A stretch of 20,254 bases of DNA. It comes from Candidatus Krumholzibacteriota bacterium (GTDB lineage: Bacteria > Krumholzibacteriota > Krumholzibacteriia > JAJRXK01). Below are positions 7,462-16,168 of the stretch, in pieces. Both the position numbers and the translations under genes were made by a program. The stretch spans positions 1 through 20,254 of the forward strand of contig CAWDWO010000025.1 of assembly GCA_963806035.1 (NCBI GenBank), read 5' to 3'. Every line of letters starts with the position of its first letter. The first letter of the stretch is position 1. The notes beneath the pieces were generated by a model that was not told the origin of the DNA, searched no databases, and saw nothing but the letters and a program-made list of their open reading frames with translations.

Positions 7462-10140
7462 TTGGCCGAAAAGCAACTTGGCCATTTTCGTATCCTCGAG
7501 CAGCTCGGGCGGGGCGGCATGGGCGAGGTGTGGCGCGCCCATGACCTGAACCTGGGACGCGACGTCGCCCTCAAGCTCCTGCCTCTCGATCTAGCCACTG
7601 ATCCCGATCGCATCGCCCGCTTCCGGCGCGAGGCCCGCGTACTAGCCTCCCTCAATCATCCCAACATCGCCCACCTCCATGGCTTCGAAGAGGACAAGGG
7701 CAAGAATTTCCTGGTGATGGAACTCGTCGAGGGTAAGGAATTCACGGAGCTCATCCGACACGGCCGGCTCGAGGTCTCAAAAGCCGTCGCCATCGGACGC
7801 CAGATCGTTGCCGCGCTCGAGAGCGCTCACGCAAAAGGAATCGTTCATCGCGACCTCAAACCAGCCAACCTCATGCTCACGCCCGAGGGCCACGTCAAAG
7901 TCCTCGACTTTGGCCTGGCCAGGGCATTCGACAAAGCTGGCCACGAGAACAGCGGCATCGCCAACGAACCCACCGTCACGGCCGCGCTGACCCAGGCGGG
8001 CACCATCCTGGGGACCGCCGCTTACATGAGCCCCGAGCAAGCGAGAGGAGAGGATGTCGATCAGCGCTGCGATATCTGGTCCTTTGGTGTCATCCTCTAC
8101 GAACTTCTCACCAGAAAAACGCTGTTCCAGGCCAGGACCAGTAGCGAGACCCTGGCCAACGTTCTCAAGGCTCAACTCGATCTGGACCAGCTTCTCCCAA
8201 ACACGCCACCCAGCCTACGCCGCATTCTCAAGCGTTGCTTGCAGCGCGATCTCAACCAGCGCTGGCACTCCGCCTCCGATCTGCGCATCGCACTCGACGA
8301 CTGTATGAACGAAGCGGGCACTCGAGAAGAGCAAGAAGGCAAAGTCAGCTCCCCAGCCTCTCCCTCTCTCTTTCGTCGCAGCTTGCCCTGGCTCGCCGCC
8401 GCACTCATTGCCCTTATCGCCATCTTGGGCCCCTGGAGAGCAAAGCAAAGGCCCGATACCGAGAAACTCCTGCAGTTGGGCGTTCCACTTCCCGACGACA
8501 TGACCCTGGACGGAGGAGTCGAGCAGCGGTACATGGCTCTCTCGAAGGACGGGAGCACCATCGCCTACGTGGGCCGCAAAGAGGGCTCTACTCAACTCTA
8601 TCTCCGCCGATTGGACGAAGCCGAAGCGCGCCCCATTTCTGACACCGACGGCGCCCACAACCCTTTCTTTTCCCCGGATGGAAACTGGTTGGCGTTCTTC
8701 TCCAGCGGTACCCTGCGCAAAGTCTCGACCAAGGGAGGAGTCCCCGTCGATCTCTGCGCGGTTCAGGTAGATCGTGGCGGTGCCTGGCTGTCCAATGACA
8801 CCATCATCTTCTCGCCCGGGGCCGCCACCGCACTCATGCGCATCCCGGCCTCCGGCGGTACCCCGAGCGCATTCACGAAACTCGATCCTACGCATGAGGA
8901 AAGAACCCATCGCTGGCCCGCGACTCTAGGGAGCGACTGGGTGATGTTTACGGTGGGCGACATGAACTCACCAGCTGATTATGATGACGCACATATCGAC
9001 GCGATTTCGCTTTCGAGCGGTAAGCGCATCACCCTTCTTCAGCACGCCTCGATGGCTCGCTTCTTCCCGCCCCACACGCTCCTCTACGCGCGGGGCGGCA
9101 TTCTGCAGCAGATCCGCCTCGCCCAGAACCCGCCGCAGGTAGTCGGAAATAGCGTGCCAGTGCTCGAAGAGGTGGCCGGAGAACGATCGAGCGGCTCCGT
9201 GCACTTCGACATAGCCGACAACGGCACGCTGGCCTACACACGTGGGAGAAGCGCTCCCGATCCAACCAAACTCATCTGGGCGGACCGCGATCAGAACTTC
9301 CAAGTGTTGAAATTGCCAGAAAACGTGTATGGAGTTCCCCGAATCTCCCCCGACGGCAAGAATCTCATGGTGCGAACCGGGATAGTAGGAAGCCAGAAGG
9401 GAGCTTTCTGGCTCTACGATCTCGAGCAGAAGACCCTGCGTCGCCTCACCTTCGCGAACTCCATCGGCGGGGGGATCTGGGTCCCGGATAGCAAAGGTTT
9501 TCTCTGCACCACGGTCTCCGACAGCTTCCAGCTCACTCTCTACCCTCTCGACAGTGCACAGCCCGCCACTATCTACCGCTCGAGCGCACCCATGTCGCCC
9601 TCCGGTATGACACCAGATGGCAGCGAAGTCCTCTTCAACCACCTCGTCGGTACCAAAGTAGAAGTGGAGCTCATCCCTCTCCAAGAAAACGCAGAGCCGC
9701 GCACACTCATCTCCTCCTCGTCTTCCCAATGGAGCGCGACCGTTTCTCCCAGTGGCGATTGGCTTGCGTACAGTTCCACGGAATCTGGGCGCAACGAAGT
9801 GTATATCCAGCCCATGAATGGACCCGGCAAGCGGCAGGTTTCCAATCGCGGCGGGAAATTTCCTCTCTGGTCCCCCAACGGCAAGGAACTGTTCTATCTC
9901 AGCAACGATCTCCTCATGTCGGTACCGATTCGTTCCGATGCAACTCATATCTCCGTCGGCGCACCGAGAATTCTTCTACACTTCGAACATACTCAGCGGG
10001 CCACCGAGCCTCGTACCTATGATGTCAGCCCAGACGGCTCGCACTTCGTCTACATTGCAGACCCGGCCGTGAGCTCTCATCACCATGGGCTCTCGATAGT
10101 GTTGCACTGGTCACCCGAGCGCAGTCTCGTGACGAATTGA
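7462..10140 (+). CDS. Hanks-type Ser/Thr protein kinase with TM-like segment and TolB/PD40-like beta-propeller (copy 2, tandem paralog)
   Basis: Same motifs intact (GRGGMGEV, HRDLKPAN, DFGLA, GTAAYMSPEQ) and colinear with copy 1. TTG 7462 (MAEKQLGHF) aligns with the copy-1 start (MADKHLGHY) at identical RBS spacing. Confidence 0.95.
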   Translation: MAEKQLGHFRILEQLGRGGMGEVWRAHDLNLGRDVALKLLPLDLATDPDRIARFRREARVLASLNHPNIAHLHGFEEDKGKNFLVMELVEGKEFTELIRHGRLEVSKAVAIGRQIVAALESAHAKGIVHRDLKPANLMLTPEGHVKVLDFGLARAFDKAGHENSGIANEPTVTAALTQAGTILGTAAYMSPEQARGEDVDQRCDIWSFGVILYELLTRKTLFQARTSSETLANVLKAQLDLDQLLPNTPPSLRRILKRCLQRDLNQRWHSASDLRIALDDCMNEAGTREEQEGKVSSPASPSLFRRSLPWLAAALIALIAILGPWRAKQRPDTEKLLQLGVPLPDDMTLDGGVEQRYMALSKDGSTIAYVGRKEGSTQLYLRRLDEAEARPISDTDGAHNPFFSPDGNWLAFFSSGTLRKVSTKGGVPVDLCAVQVDRGGAWLSNDTIIFSPGAATALMRIPASGGTPSAFTKLDPTHEERTHRWPATLGSDWVMFTVGDMNSPADYDDAHIDAISLSSGKRITLLQHASMARFFPPHTLLYARGGILQQIRLAQNPPQVVGNSVPVLEEVAGERSSGSVHFDIADNGTLAYTRGRSAPDPTKLIWADRDQNFQVLKLPENVYGVPRISPDGKNLMVRTGIVGSQKGAFWLYDLEQKTLRRLTFANSIGGGIWVPDSKGFLCTTVSDSFQLTLYPLDSAQPATIYRSSAPMSPSGMTPDGSEVLFNHLVGTKVEVELIPLQENAEPRTLISSSSSQWSATVSPSGDWLAYSSTESGRNEVYIQPMNGPGKRQVSNRGGKFPLWSPNGKELFYLSNDLLMSVPIRSDATHISVGAPRILLHFEHTQRATEPRTYDVSPDGSHFVYIADPAVSSHHHGLSIVLHWSPERSLVTN

Positions 10141-10931
10141 GCCCTCGAACTCGCAATCCGGTGCTCCGCACTACCCCCGGCCTGTGCGGCCCAGACTTCT
10201 GCGGCGGACTCACCACCCGATTGGGTTTTCCCAAGGGCGATGCTCCCTCCCCCAGGGACGGTCGCGCCCGCGTCCGGGAAGTCCTTGCCACAGCCCTGAG
10301 AGCCGCCCCCGAGCACTTCGCCTGGTGCAAGCAGGTGCACGGTGCCAAGGTGGTCGAAGCAAAGACGGCCGGGTTTCAGGGTGAAGGCGATGCCCTGGTG
10401 AGTTGCGATCCATCCCTGGGTCTGCTCATCTCCGTCGCGGACTGCATCCCTGTCCTGCTGTGGAATCCGCGAGCCCAAGGCGATCAGACGGCCGCAGAGG
10501 CTCCGTCTGCCGCGCCATTCGGCGTCGCGCACGCCGGGTGGCGCGGGCTTTTGGCTGGAGTCCTGCCCGCCACTGTGGACGCACTGCAGCGCCTGGGAAC
10601 TCCACCCTCCTCCCTGCGCGCCTGGATCGGGCCTTCCATCTGTGCCGAGCATTTCGAAGTCGGTGAAGAAGTAGCGAGCCTGTTTCCCAAGAGCTTCGTT
10701 GAGCGCCGCAACGAGTGGCCCAAACCGCATGTCGACTTGAAGTCCTATGCGGTGCAGCAGCTGCTGAAGGCGGGGCTCATCGCCGAATCCGTCACGGTAT
10801 GTCCCGACTGCACCTACGCCCAGGCTGACTTCTATCATTCCTACCGCCGTGATCAGGGGATTTGTGGACGTCACCTTGCCTACCTGGTGCGATCGGGGGA
10901 TACTCCGCGCGGTCTTCTGCGGGGAGCATGA
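10137..10931 (+). CDS. pgeF: PgeF/YfiH family protein (peptidoglycan editing factor / purine nucleoside phosphorylase, laccase-like domain)
   Basis: QVHG, DALV, VADCIPVLL, AHAGWRG, GPSIC...FEVG and CT...SYRR motifs. TTG start overlaps the kinase-2 stop (TTGA). Confidence 0.92.
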   Translation: MSPRTRNPVLRTTPGLCGPDFCGGLTTRLGFPKGDAPSPRDGRARVREVLATALRAAPEHFAWCKQVHGAKVVEAKTAGFQGEGDALVSCDPSLGLLISVADCIPVLLWNPRAQGDQTAAEAPSAAPFGVAHAGWRGLLAGVLPATVDALQRLGTPPSSLRAWIGPSICAEHFEVGEEVASLFPKSFVERRNEWPKPHVDLKSYAVQQLLKAGLIAESVTVCPDCTYAQADFYHSYRRDQGICGRHLAYLVRSGDTPRGLLRGA

Positions 10932-10932
10932 C

Positions 10933-12522
10933 GTGATCCTTGGAAACTCTCATAAGCTGTGCGCAGGCCGGGTGCGAGCATTTGCCAAAAGGGCGTTTCT
11001 GCTTCCGGTCCTCTCTTGTTTGCTCGTACTCCTCGGCTCGCTCACACCCGGCGCAAGAACCGTCCGCGCCGCTGGCTGGAACGACCGCTCCCTCATCGGC
11101 TCGCGTCTTCTGAGTCCTGACTACTTGGGACGCGAACGACTCGACGAGGCCTGGCGCCGCGGGAACTTCGACCGCGGCGCGAGCCTCCTTCCCCCGCGCG
11201 ACTATGCCGAAGCGGCATACCGCTTTCCCACCCTCGCTACGAACGATTCGACTTCCCTGGGCTTCTCCGCCCAAAGCGACCTTAAGATCCTCGCCTTCGG
11301 TGCCAATCCTCCACGACAACTCGAACCGATCTTCTTGAACGTACGAGAGGGGGATGCCGTCGACCCGGCGTGGCGCGCCCGCCTGGGCTTCTGGTTGGAC
11401 ACGGGCCTCGCCCGCGGACTGAGCGCACACCTCCGATTCGTTTTCGACGGCGAGGGAAAGAACGACACACACAACCGCACGCGGGACTACACGCAGCTAG
11501 GAGCATCTAATAATCTCGACGAAGCCTACTTGCGCTACGAAACGGGCCGCGCCGCCTTCACCTTGGGAAGGCGCTTCTTGCAATGGGGACCCGAGCGTCT
11601 CGGCTCGCTCATCCTCTCCTCCACCGCTCCCGCCCCCGATCTCATCCAGGCCGAAATCGATCTGGGCAAGCACCGCTTTCAGGCCTTTGCCGGACAGCTC
11701 TCTACCGAGCTCGTCGACTCCACGAATTACCATCGCTCCCTCTATGGCCACCGCATCGACTTCAGTCTCGGTTCCTTCGGGCGCTTGGGCTTGAGCGAAC
11801 TCGCGGTGGTCTCCGATCGCGCCGGTGGCTTCGACCTCAAGTACCTCAACCCCGTCAGCCTCTACGTCGTCGCGCAAACCGAGAAAGGCAGCAGCGACCA
11901 GAAGACCGTGAACATCTTCCATTCCATCGACGGCGAATTCTGGTGGAAGTCATGGCATCCCTACGGCTCTTTCTTGGTAGACGATCTGCAGATCGACGCC
12001 TCCGCGCGCAAGAGGTGGCCGCACCAACTCGCCCTGGCGCTAGGGATCGACCGCGCTTTGGGCCGGCGATTCCTCGCGTCCTACGAATATCGTCGCATCG
12101 GCTCGTGGACGTACTTGCACCGCGGACTCGGCACCGACGCGCAACACTTCGAGCGCCCGCTCGGCGCGCCGGAGGGACCCGATACCGACCGCCACTTCCT
12201 GCAACTATCCTACACGGCCCCAAAAAATGCGCGTCTGTGGATTGCCACCGAGCACTGGAGACGCGGCGTCAATCGCCTCTCCACCGAGGAATCGCGCGAA
12301 GGACACGCAGGCGAGCCCTACCCCCGACCTCCACTCGAGACGCGTTGGATCCTGGAGGCGGGCGCGCAATGGGAGCTGGCTCAGCGGGCGCGCGCGAGCC
12401 TGCAACTCGCCTGGCACTCGATCGACGGAGTGAACAACAGCTCGCAGCATCTCGACGTGGTGGAGCTGCGCGCCTATCTGCAGCTCTTCACGCCGCCTCT
12501 GGCCTGGCTCTTGGGCAGCTGA
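10933..12522 (+). CDS. Capsule assembly Wzi family outer-membrane beta-barrel protein
   Basis: Signal-peptide-like N-terminus. EAYL...TLGRRFLQWGPERLGSLILSSTAP, GHRIDF...LGLSE and LGAPEGPD resemble Wzi-family motifs. GTG 10933 follows GGGGAG directly after the pgeF stop; exact start uncertain. Confidence 0.75.
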   Translation: MILGNSHKLCAGRVRAFAKRAFLLPVLSCLLVLLGSLTPGARTVRAAGWNDRSLIGSRLLSPDYLGRERLDEAWRRGNFDRGASLLPPRDYAEAAYRFPTLATNDSTSLGFSAQSDLKILAFGANPPRQLEPIFLNVREGDAVDPAWRARLGFWLDTGLARGLSAHLRFVFDGEGKNDTHNRTRDYTQLGASNNLDEAYLRYETGRAAFTLGRRFLQWGPERLGSLILSSTAPAPDLIQAEIDLGKHRFQAFAGQLSTELVDSTNYHRSLYGHRIDFSLGSFGRLGLSELAVVSDRAGGFDLKYLNPVSLYVVAQTEKGSSDQKTVNIFHSIDGEFWWKSWHPYGSFLVDDLQIDASARKRWPHQLALALGIDRALGRRFLASYEYRRIGSWTYLHRGLGTDAQHFERPLGAPEGPDTDRHFLQLSYTAPKNARLWIATEHWRRGVNRLSTEESREGHAGEPYPRPPLETRWILEAGAQWELAQRARASLQLAWHSIDGVNNSSQHLDVVELRAYLQLFTPPLAWLLGS

Positions 12523-12596
12523 GCTGGAGGCCGCGCGCGTGCTTCGTAGGCGCAGCGGAGAGGAAAACGCCCGCCTGCAAGCAGCCGAATCAAACT

Positions 12597-13679
12597 TCAG
12601 GAACCAGATGAATCAAGCGGCAAAGGCCCATGTGGTAACTCAACTTGCGGACATAGTGGCGAAACCACCCGCGAGATCGCTAGGGTCTTCAAATCGAGAC
12701 GTCGCCACCGCACCCGAAAGCGCCCGTCCACGAAGCCGTAGATGGCCCAGCGCTCGTCCAGGGGCAAGAGTTCGCAGGCGGAGCCTGGGTTGAGGGAAGT
12801 GGGTTCGCTCCAGGGGCCCTCCACGGTCACAGCCCGCGAGGCTCGAATGCCCTTCGGCCCGCTCCAGAGCAAGAGCCACGAACCGTCGCGATAGACGGCA
12901 GCTGGCGATTCGGCCTTGTTCCCCTGCGTCACCTCGATCGGCCCTCCCAGCGTCCAGTGCAGACCTTCCTCGGATCGAGCCCACGCGATGACCGGTTCTC
13001 CGTTGCGCATGCGCATGGATAGGAACATGAGCCAGCCCTCGTTCTCGCGCACCACGAAGGGATCGCGGCAGTCTCCGGTCCACGGAGTGCCGAGCCCCCA
13101 ACTCGACCAGGGAGCGTCACCCTGCAACACGCAGCCGCGCCCCTCCACCCCATCCACGGTCGAGCTCGGCGCCATCCAGTGTTCCAAATCGTCCGAGAAC
13201 GCCAGTCCGATGCGCTGCAGGTTGAGCCGCGCATCGTTGGTGTAGCTGACGCCGGTGTAGTACATCCACCACTTGTCGTTGCGCCGCAGCACGAAGGGAG
13301 ACCACAGATGGCGATCGTTCCACGCGCCCTCTTTCCCGCGCAGATCCACGGGCTCGTGTCGTGTCCAGTGCACCAGGTCGGGCGAGTCCTCGTGGCCGAA
13401 GCGTCGCTCCACCGAGCGCCCCATCCAAGCTCCGTTTTCGCGAATGTGGAAAATGTGAAAGCGACTGCCATCGAAGAGCAGAGTGAAGTCCTTCGAGCCC
13501 ACCTTGTCGCTGGGCGAGAAGCTGAGATTGGCCTCCTCCGTACACAACACACCTGACGCATCCGAGGCCGCCTCGTCCTTCCCTCCGCCTCCGCACCCGT
13601 TCAGCGCGAGTGCCAGCACGAGAGCTAACCCGAGCATCAACCCGGGTCTCGATCGCCGCCTCCTAGCAACTCTCCTCAC
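12597..13679 (-). CDS. Lipoprotein with GH32-like (GH-J/GH43-type five-bladed beta-propeller) glycoside hydrolase domain
   Basis: GTG 13679 overlaps the upstream TGA (GTGA) with GGAGG RBS. MRRVARRRRSRPGLMLGLALVLALALNGC is a lipoprotein signal with lipobox. GHEDSPDLVHW, WSPFV, YYTGV, SDDLEHW, CRDPFV and ESP motifs. Confidence 0.8.
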   Translation of the reverse strand: MRRVARRRRSRPGLMLGLALVLALALNGCGGGGKDEAASDASGVLCTEEANLSFSPSDKVGSKDFTLLFDGSRFHIFHIRENGAWMGRSVERRFGHEDSPDLVHWTRHEPVDLRGKEGAWNDRHLWSPFVLRRNDKWWMYYTGVSYTNDARLNLQRIGLAFSDDLEHWMAPSSTVDGVEGRGCVLQGDAPWSSWGLGTPWTGDCRDPFVVRENEGWLMFLSMRMRNGEPVIAWARSEEGLHWTLGGPIEVTQGNKAESPAAVYRDGSWLLLWSGPKGIRASRAVTVEGPWSEPTSLNPGSACELLPLDERWAIYGFVDGRFRVRWRRLDLKTLAISRVVSPLCPQVELPHGPLPLDSSGS

Positions 13680-15115
13680 GAGCGTGCCTCCGCGCGCTGC
13701 CGCGCCGCCTCGGCGAAGAGCAGCCCAATCGCCCACCACAGCGTGACGTTCACCACCGGCATCTCCTGCACCGTGCTGGCGGTGCCCACCAGGGCGTAGA
13801 AGAGAATCGTCGCGCCCGCTCCGCGCACCATTGCTCGCCGATAGGGCTCGACCGGACGGCCCGCCAGACGACGATCGAGCTGAACCGCCGCCCCCAGGGG
13901 CAGCACCACGAAGAGAAGCTCCAAGAGGGCTCCGATGGCCCCCCCTTCGATCAAGGACTTCAAATAGATGTTGTCCAAGAACAGATATCCCAGAGGAGCA
14001 CTCACCAGATGACTTCGCGTCACCGCGCCAGCGCTTCCCAGTCCGTAACCCAACCACGCATGCCGGGGCCAGTAGTTCGTGAGCACGTCGTTGATGATGC
14101 TCACGCGATCCTGTGTGCTCGCGATCGCATCCAGGTGCTCGCCGATCCCGAAGGTCGCAAGGATGTTCCCGCTCAAGAATCCCGAGGTCACCACGTCGGC
14201 GACCGCGCCCGCGCAGAAGAGCACGAGGACTCCCGGGATCACGAACTTGGGCCGCCGCAGCAAGAGAATGAGACTTACGATCACCAGCGAGAGCTGCGAG
14301 ACGCGACTGAAGGACAGCACCAAAGCGCTGAACCACAAGCCACACGCTACGCCGAGGCCCAACCAGCTCCGCCAGCCCATCCTTCCTTCGATCATACGCG
14401 CGAAGCCGAAGATCAGCCCCACCGCCATCACCGCGCCGAGTGCTCCGGGGGAACCCACGGTGGAGGTCGCCTTCAACGTCCCCATCGTCCAACGCTGTTC
14501 GGTGAGCTGGAGTACTTCGCGCACCTGACGCCACGCGTAGGCTTCCCAGAACGATACCAGCGCGACCACGATGAGGCCGCACGCGAGAAGTACCCAGGTG
14601 GAGCGGCGCGCTCTTGCGTCGGCCTGCGCCAGCGGCGTCAGTACGGCGATGAGCCCGAAGAACACCGTCCCGCGAAAGCTCAGAGCTCCCAGATAGACGC
14701 TCGACCCGCGCAAGACGAGCAAGAACTCGAAGAGCATGAAAAGAAGCAGCGCGCCGGTGGCGCCTGCGGGAGGACGAGTTTCTTCGCGCGCGCCGCGAGC
14801 GGCCAGGGTCAACAGCCCCAGGCCCACCACTCCCAAATAGAACAGGTCCTTGGAAAGCAGGCCCAGCGGCCCGGGCAAGAATTCGGCGATGACTGTCTCG
14901 AAGAGCAGGTAGGTCAAAAACGCGCTGTACCAAAGGTCGAATCGCCAGAGTCCCAAGAGCAGCGCCAGGGAAACTCCGCAGAGAAACAACAGGGGCAGAA
15001 GATGAACCGGACCCAGGAAGGAAAGAACAGCCGCCGCTCCGACCGCGGCCAGCACCGGGCCCAGCATCGTAGGGCCCACTTCACTGGAGGCAGCGAAGTG
15101 ACGCGACAGGTCCAA
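13676..15115 (-). CDS. O-antigen ligase / Wzy-like polytopic membrane protein
   Basis: Many hydrophobic segments; LSFSR, periplasmic loop with STQDR...WLGYGLGS...DNIYLKSLIEGGAIG. TTG start after AGAGGAG RBS. Confidence 0.8.
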   Translation of the reverse strand: MDLSRHFAASSEVGPTMLGPVLAAVGAAAVLSFLGPVHLLPLLFLCGVSLALLLGLWRFDLWYSAFLTYLLFETVIAEFLPGPLGLLSKDLFYLGVVGLGLLTLAARGAREETRPPAGATGALLLFMLFEFLLVLRGSSVYLGALSFRGTVFFGLIAVLTPLAQADARARRSTWVLLACGLIVVALVSFWEAYAWRQVREVLQLTEQRWTMGTLKATSTVGSPGALGAVMAVGLIFGFARMIEGRMGWRSWLGLGVACGLWFSALVLSFSRVSQLSLVIVSLILLLRRPKFVIPGVLVLFCAGAVADVVTSGFLSGNILATFGIGEHLDAIASTQDRVSIINDVLTNYWPRHAWLGYGLGSAGAVTRSHLVSAPLGYLFLDNIYLKSLIEGGAIGALLELLFVVLPLGAAVQLDRRLAGRPVEPYRRAMVRGAGATILFYALVGTASTVQEMPVVNVTLWWAIGLLFAEAARQRAEARS

Positions 15116-15128
15116 CGCGCCTCCTCTC

Positions 15129-15195
15129 GGACGAACTCAGGGCGAGCTAGAACGAACCCCGGACGAGCCTGAAGCAAATCGAGCCAGAACGAATC
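15129..15195. repeat. Short degenerate repeats (CGARC core, about 10-11 bp spacing) between parA-like and ligase genes
   Basis: CGAAC/CGAGC at 15132, 15143, 15153, 15164 and 15180, CGAAT at 15190. CGAGCTAGAACGAA (15143-15156) and CGAGCCAGAACGAA (15180-15193) match at 13 of 14 positions. Confidence 0.55.
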
Positions 15196-16009
15196 ACGAC
15201 TTGGCTTCGATCAGACCGGCTCGGCGCTTCTCCAGCGTCTTGAGCTTCTTGAGCAGCTCTTTCTTGAGGAAGTCGCGATACATCGCTGCTCCCACGCAGG
15301 AAGAGTCGTAGGAGAAGATGCTCTGAAACTCCCCCGGAGCTTCCTCGAGCTTGGTGTTGGTGGTGATCTCGGTCTTGAACAGAGCGTCCTTCCCGAAGAT
15401 TTCCTTCACCTCTTTCACCAGCTTGTCGTTCAGCTTGGTCCTCGCGTCCTTCATGGTGACCAGAATTCCCAGCACCTGCAGCAGGTCGTTCTGGTTGCTG
15501 CGCACGTGCTCGATGTGCGCGGCCAGCTGCTTCAGCGTCCCCACCGAGAGACCGTTGATCGGGGAGGGAATCAGCACGTAATCGGCGCAGACGACGGCAT
15601 TGGTGGTGAGTACACCCAGGTTGGGCGGCGTATCGATGATGATCCAACCGTAGCTAGAGGCGAGCGCCTCGGTTACCTTCTTGAGCCGGTCGAGGATTTG
15701 CGTCTTGGCCATGCTGGCCAGATGCGGACTCGAGGGTAGGATGTCGATGTTCTCGGTGAAAACGGTCGACATGATCCCGTCGTGAGGGGTGATGGCCCGA
15801 CGCAGCACGTCGAAGATGCTTCTCTGCGGAGCGCCGGTGTCCACGGTTCCCAGCATGGTGGCCGAGGCACAGCCGCTGGGATCCATGTCGATGATGAGGC
15901 AGGACGAGGTGATGTCGCTGTACCGGAGCAGACCCGCCGCGAGATTGAGGGCCGTGGTCGTTTTGCCGGTGCCGCCCTTCTGATTGACGACGGCGATGAC
16001 GTTGCTCAT
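15194..16009 (-). CDS. ParA/Soj family ATPase (orphan, no adjacent parB)
   Basis: Deviant Walker A NQKGGTGKTTT, IIDMDP, Walker B IIIDTPPNLG, TMKDARTKL and LEEAP motifs. Confidence 0.92.
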   Translation of the reverse strand: MSNVIAVVNQKGGTGKTTTALNLAAGLLRYSDITSSCLIIDMDPSGCASATMLGTVDTGAPQRSIFDVLRRAITPHDGIMSTVFTENIDILPSSPHLASMAKTQILDRLKKVTEALASSYGWIIIDTPPNLGVLTTNAVVCADYVLIPSPINGLSVGTLKQLAAHIEHVRSNQNDLLQVLGILVTMKDARTKLNDKLVKEVKEIFGKDALFKTEITTNTKLEEAPGEFQSIFSYDSSCVGAAMYRDFLKKELLKKLKTLEKRRAGLIEAKS

Positions 16010-16168
16010 AGCTAGGATCCCCTGCTCACCTGGGTTGGATCGAGGCCGGGTATTCGCGCCCGCGCGAGAATACTGCCGGAAAATTCGTATTTGGCGCCGC
16101 CCGTGCGCGACACGGCGGAGCCTAGACTAGTCTCCAATGCCCTGAATGGCAACCCTGAATCGCCTAAG

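Noticed and set aside
11583..12611. 342-aa plus-strand ORF overlapping wzi (also 2923-3906, 8968-9948, 10080-10874, 14009-15172, 18373-19641)
   Set aside because: Shadow or antisense ORFs expected in high-GC coding DNA; no recognisable motifs, and each overlaps a well-supported gene.
13680..14933. 778-aa ORF as a large fusion protein
   Set aside because: The N-terminal 418 codons are an Arg/Gly-rich alternate frame of the ligase gene; the real lipoprotein starts at 13679.
15133..15168. LexA box of the GAAC-N7-GAAC type
   Set aside because: The second half-sites are GAGC, the lineage's LexA motif is unknown, and the downstream genes are not SOS-type.
16050..16073. Imperfect palindrome GTATTCGCGC..GCGCGAGAATAC upstream of parA as parS or operator
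   Set aside because: Does not match the parS consensus TGTTTCACGTGAAACA; GC-rich bulged stems are easily found by chance.
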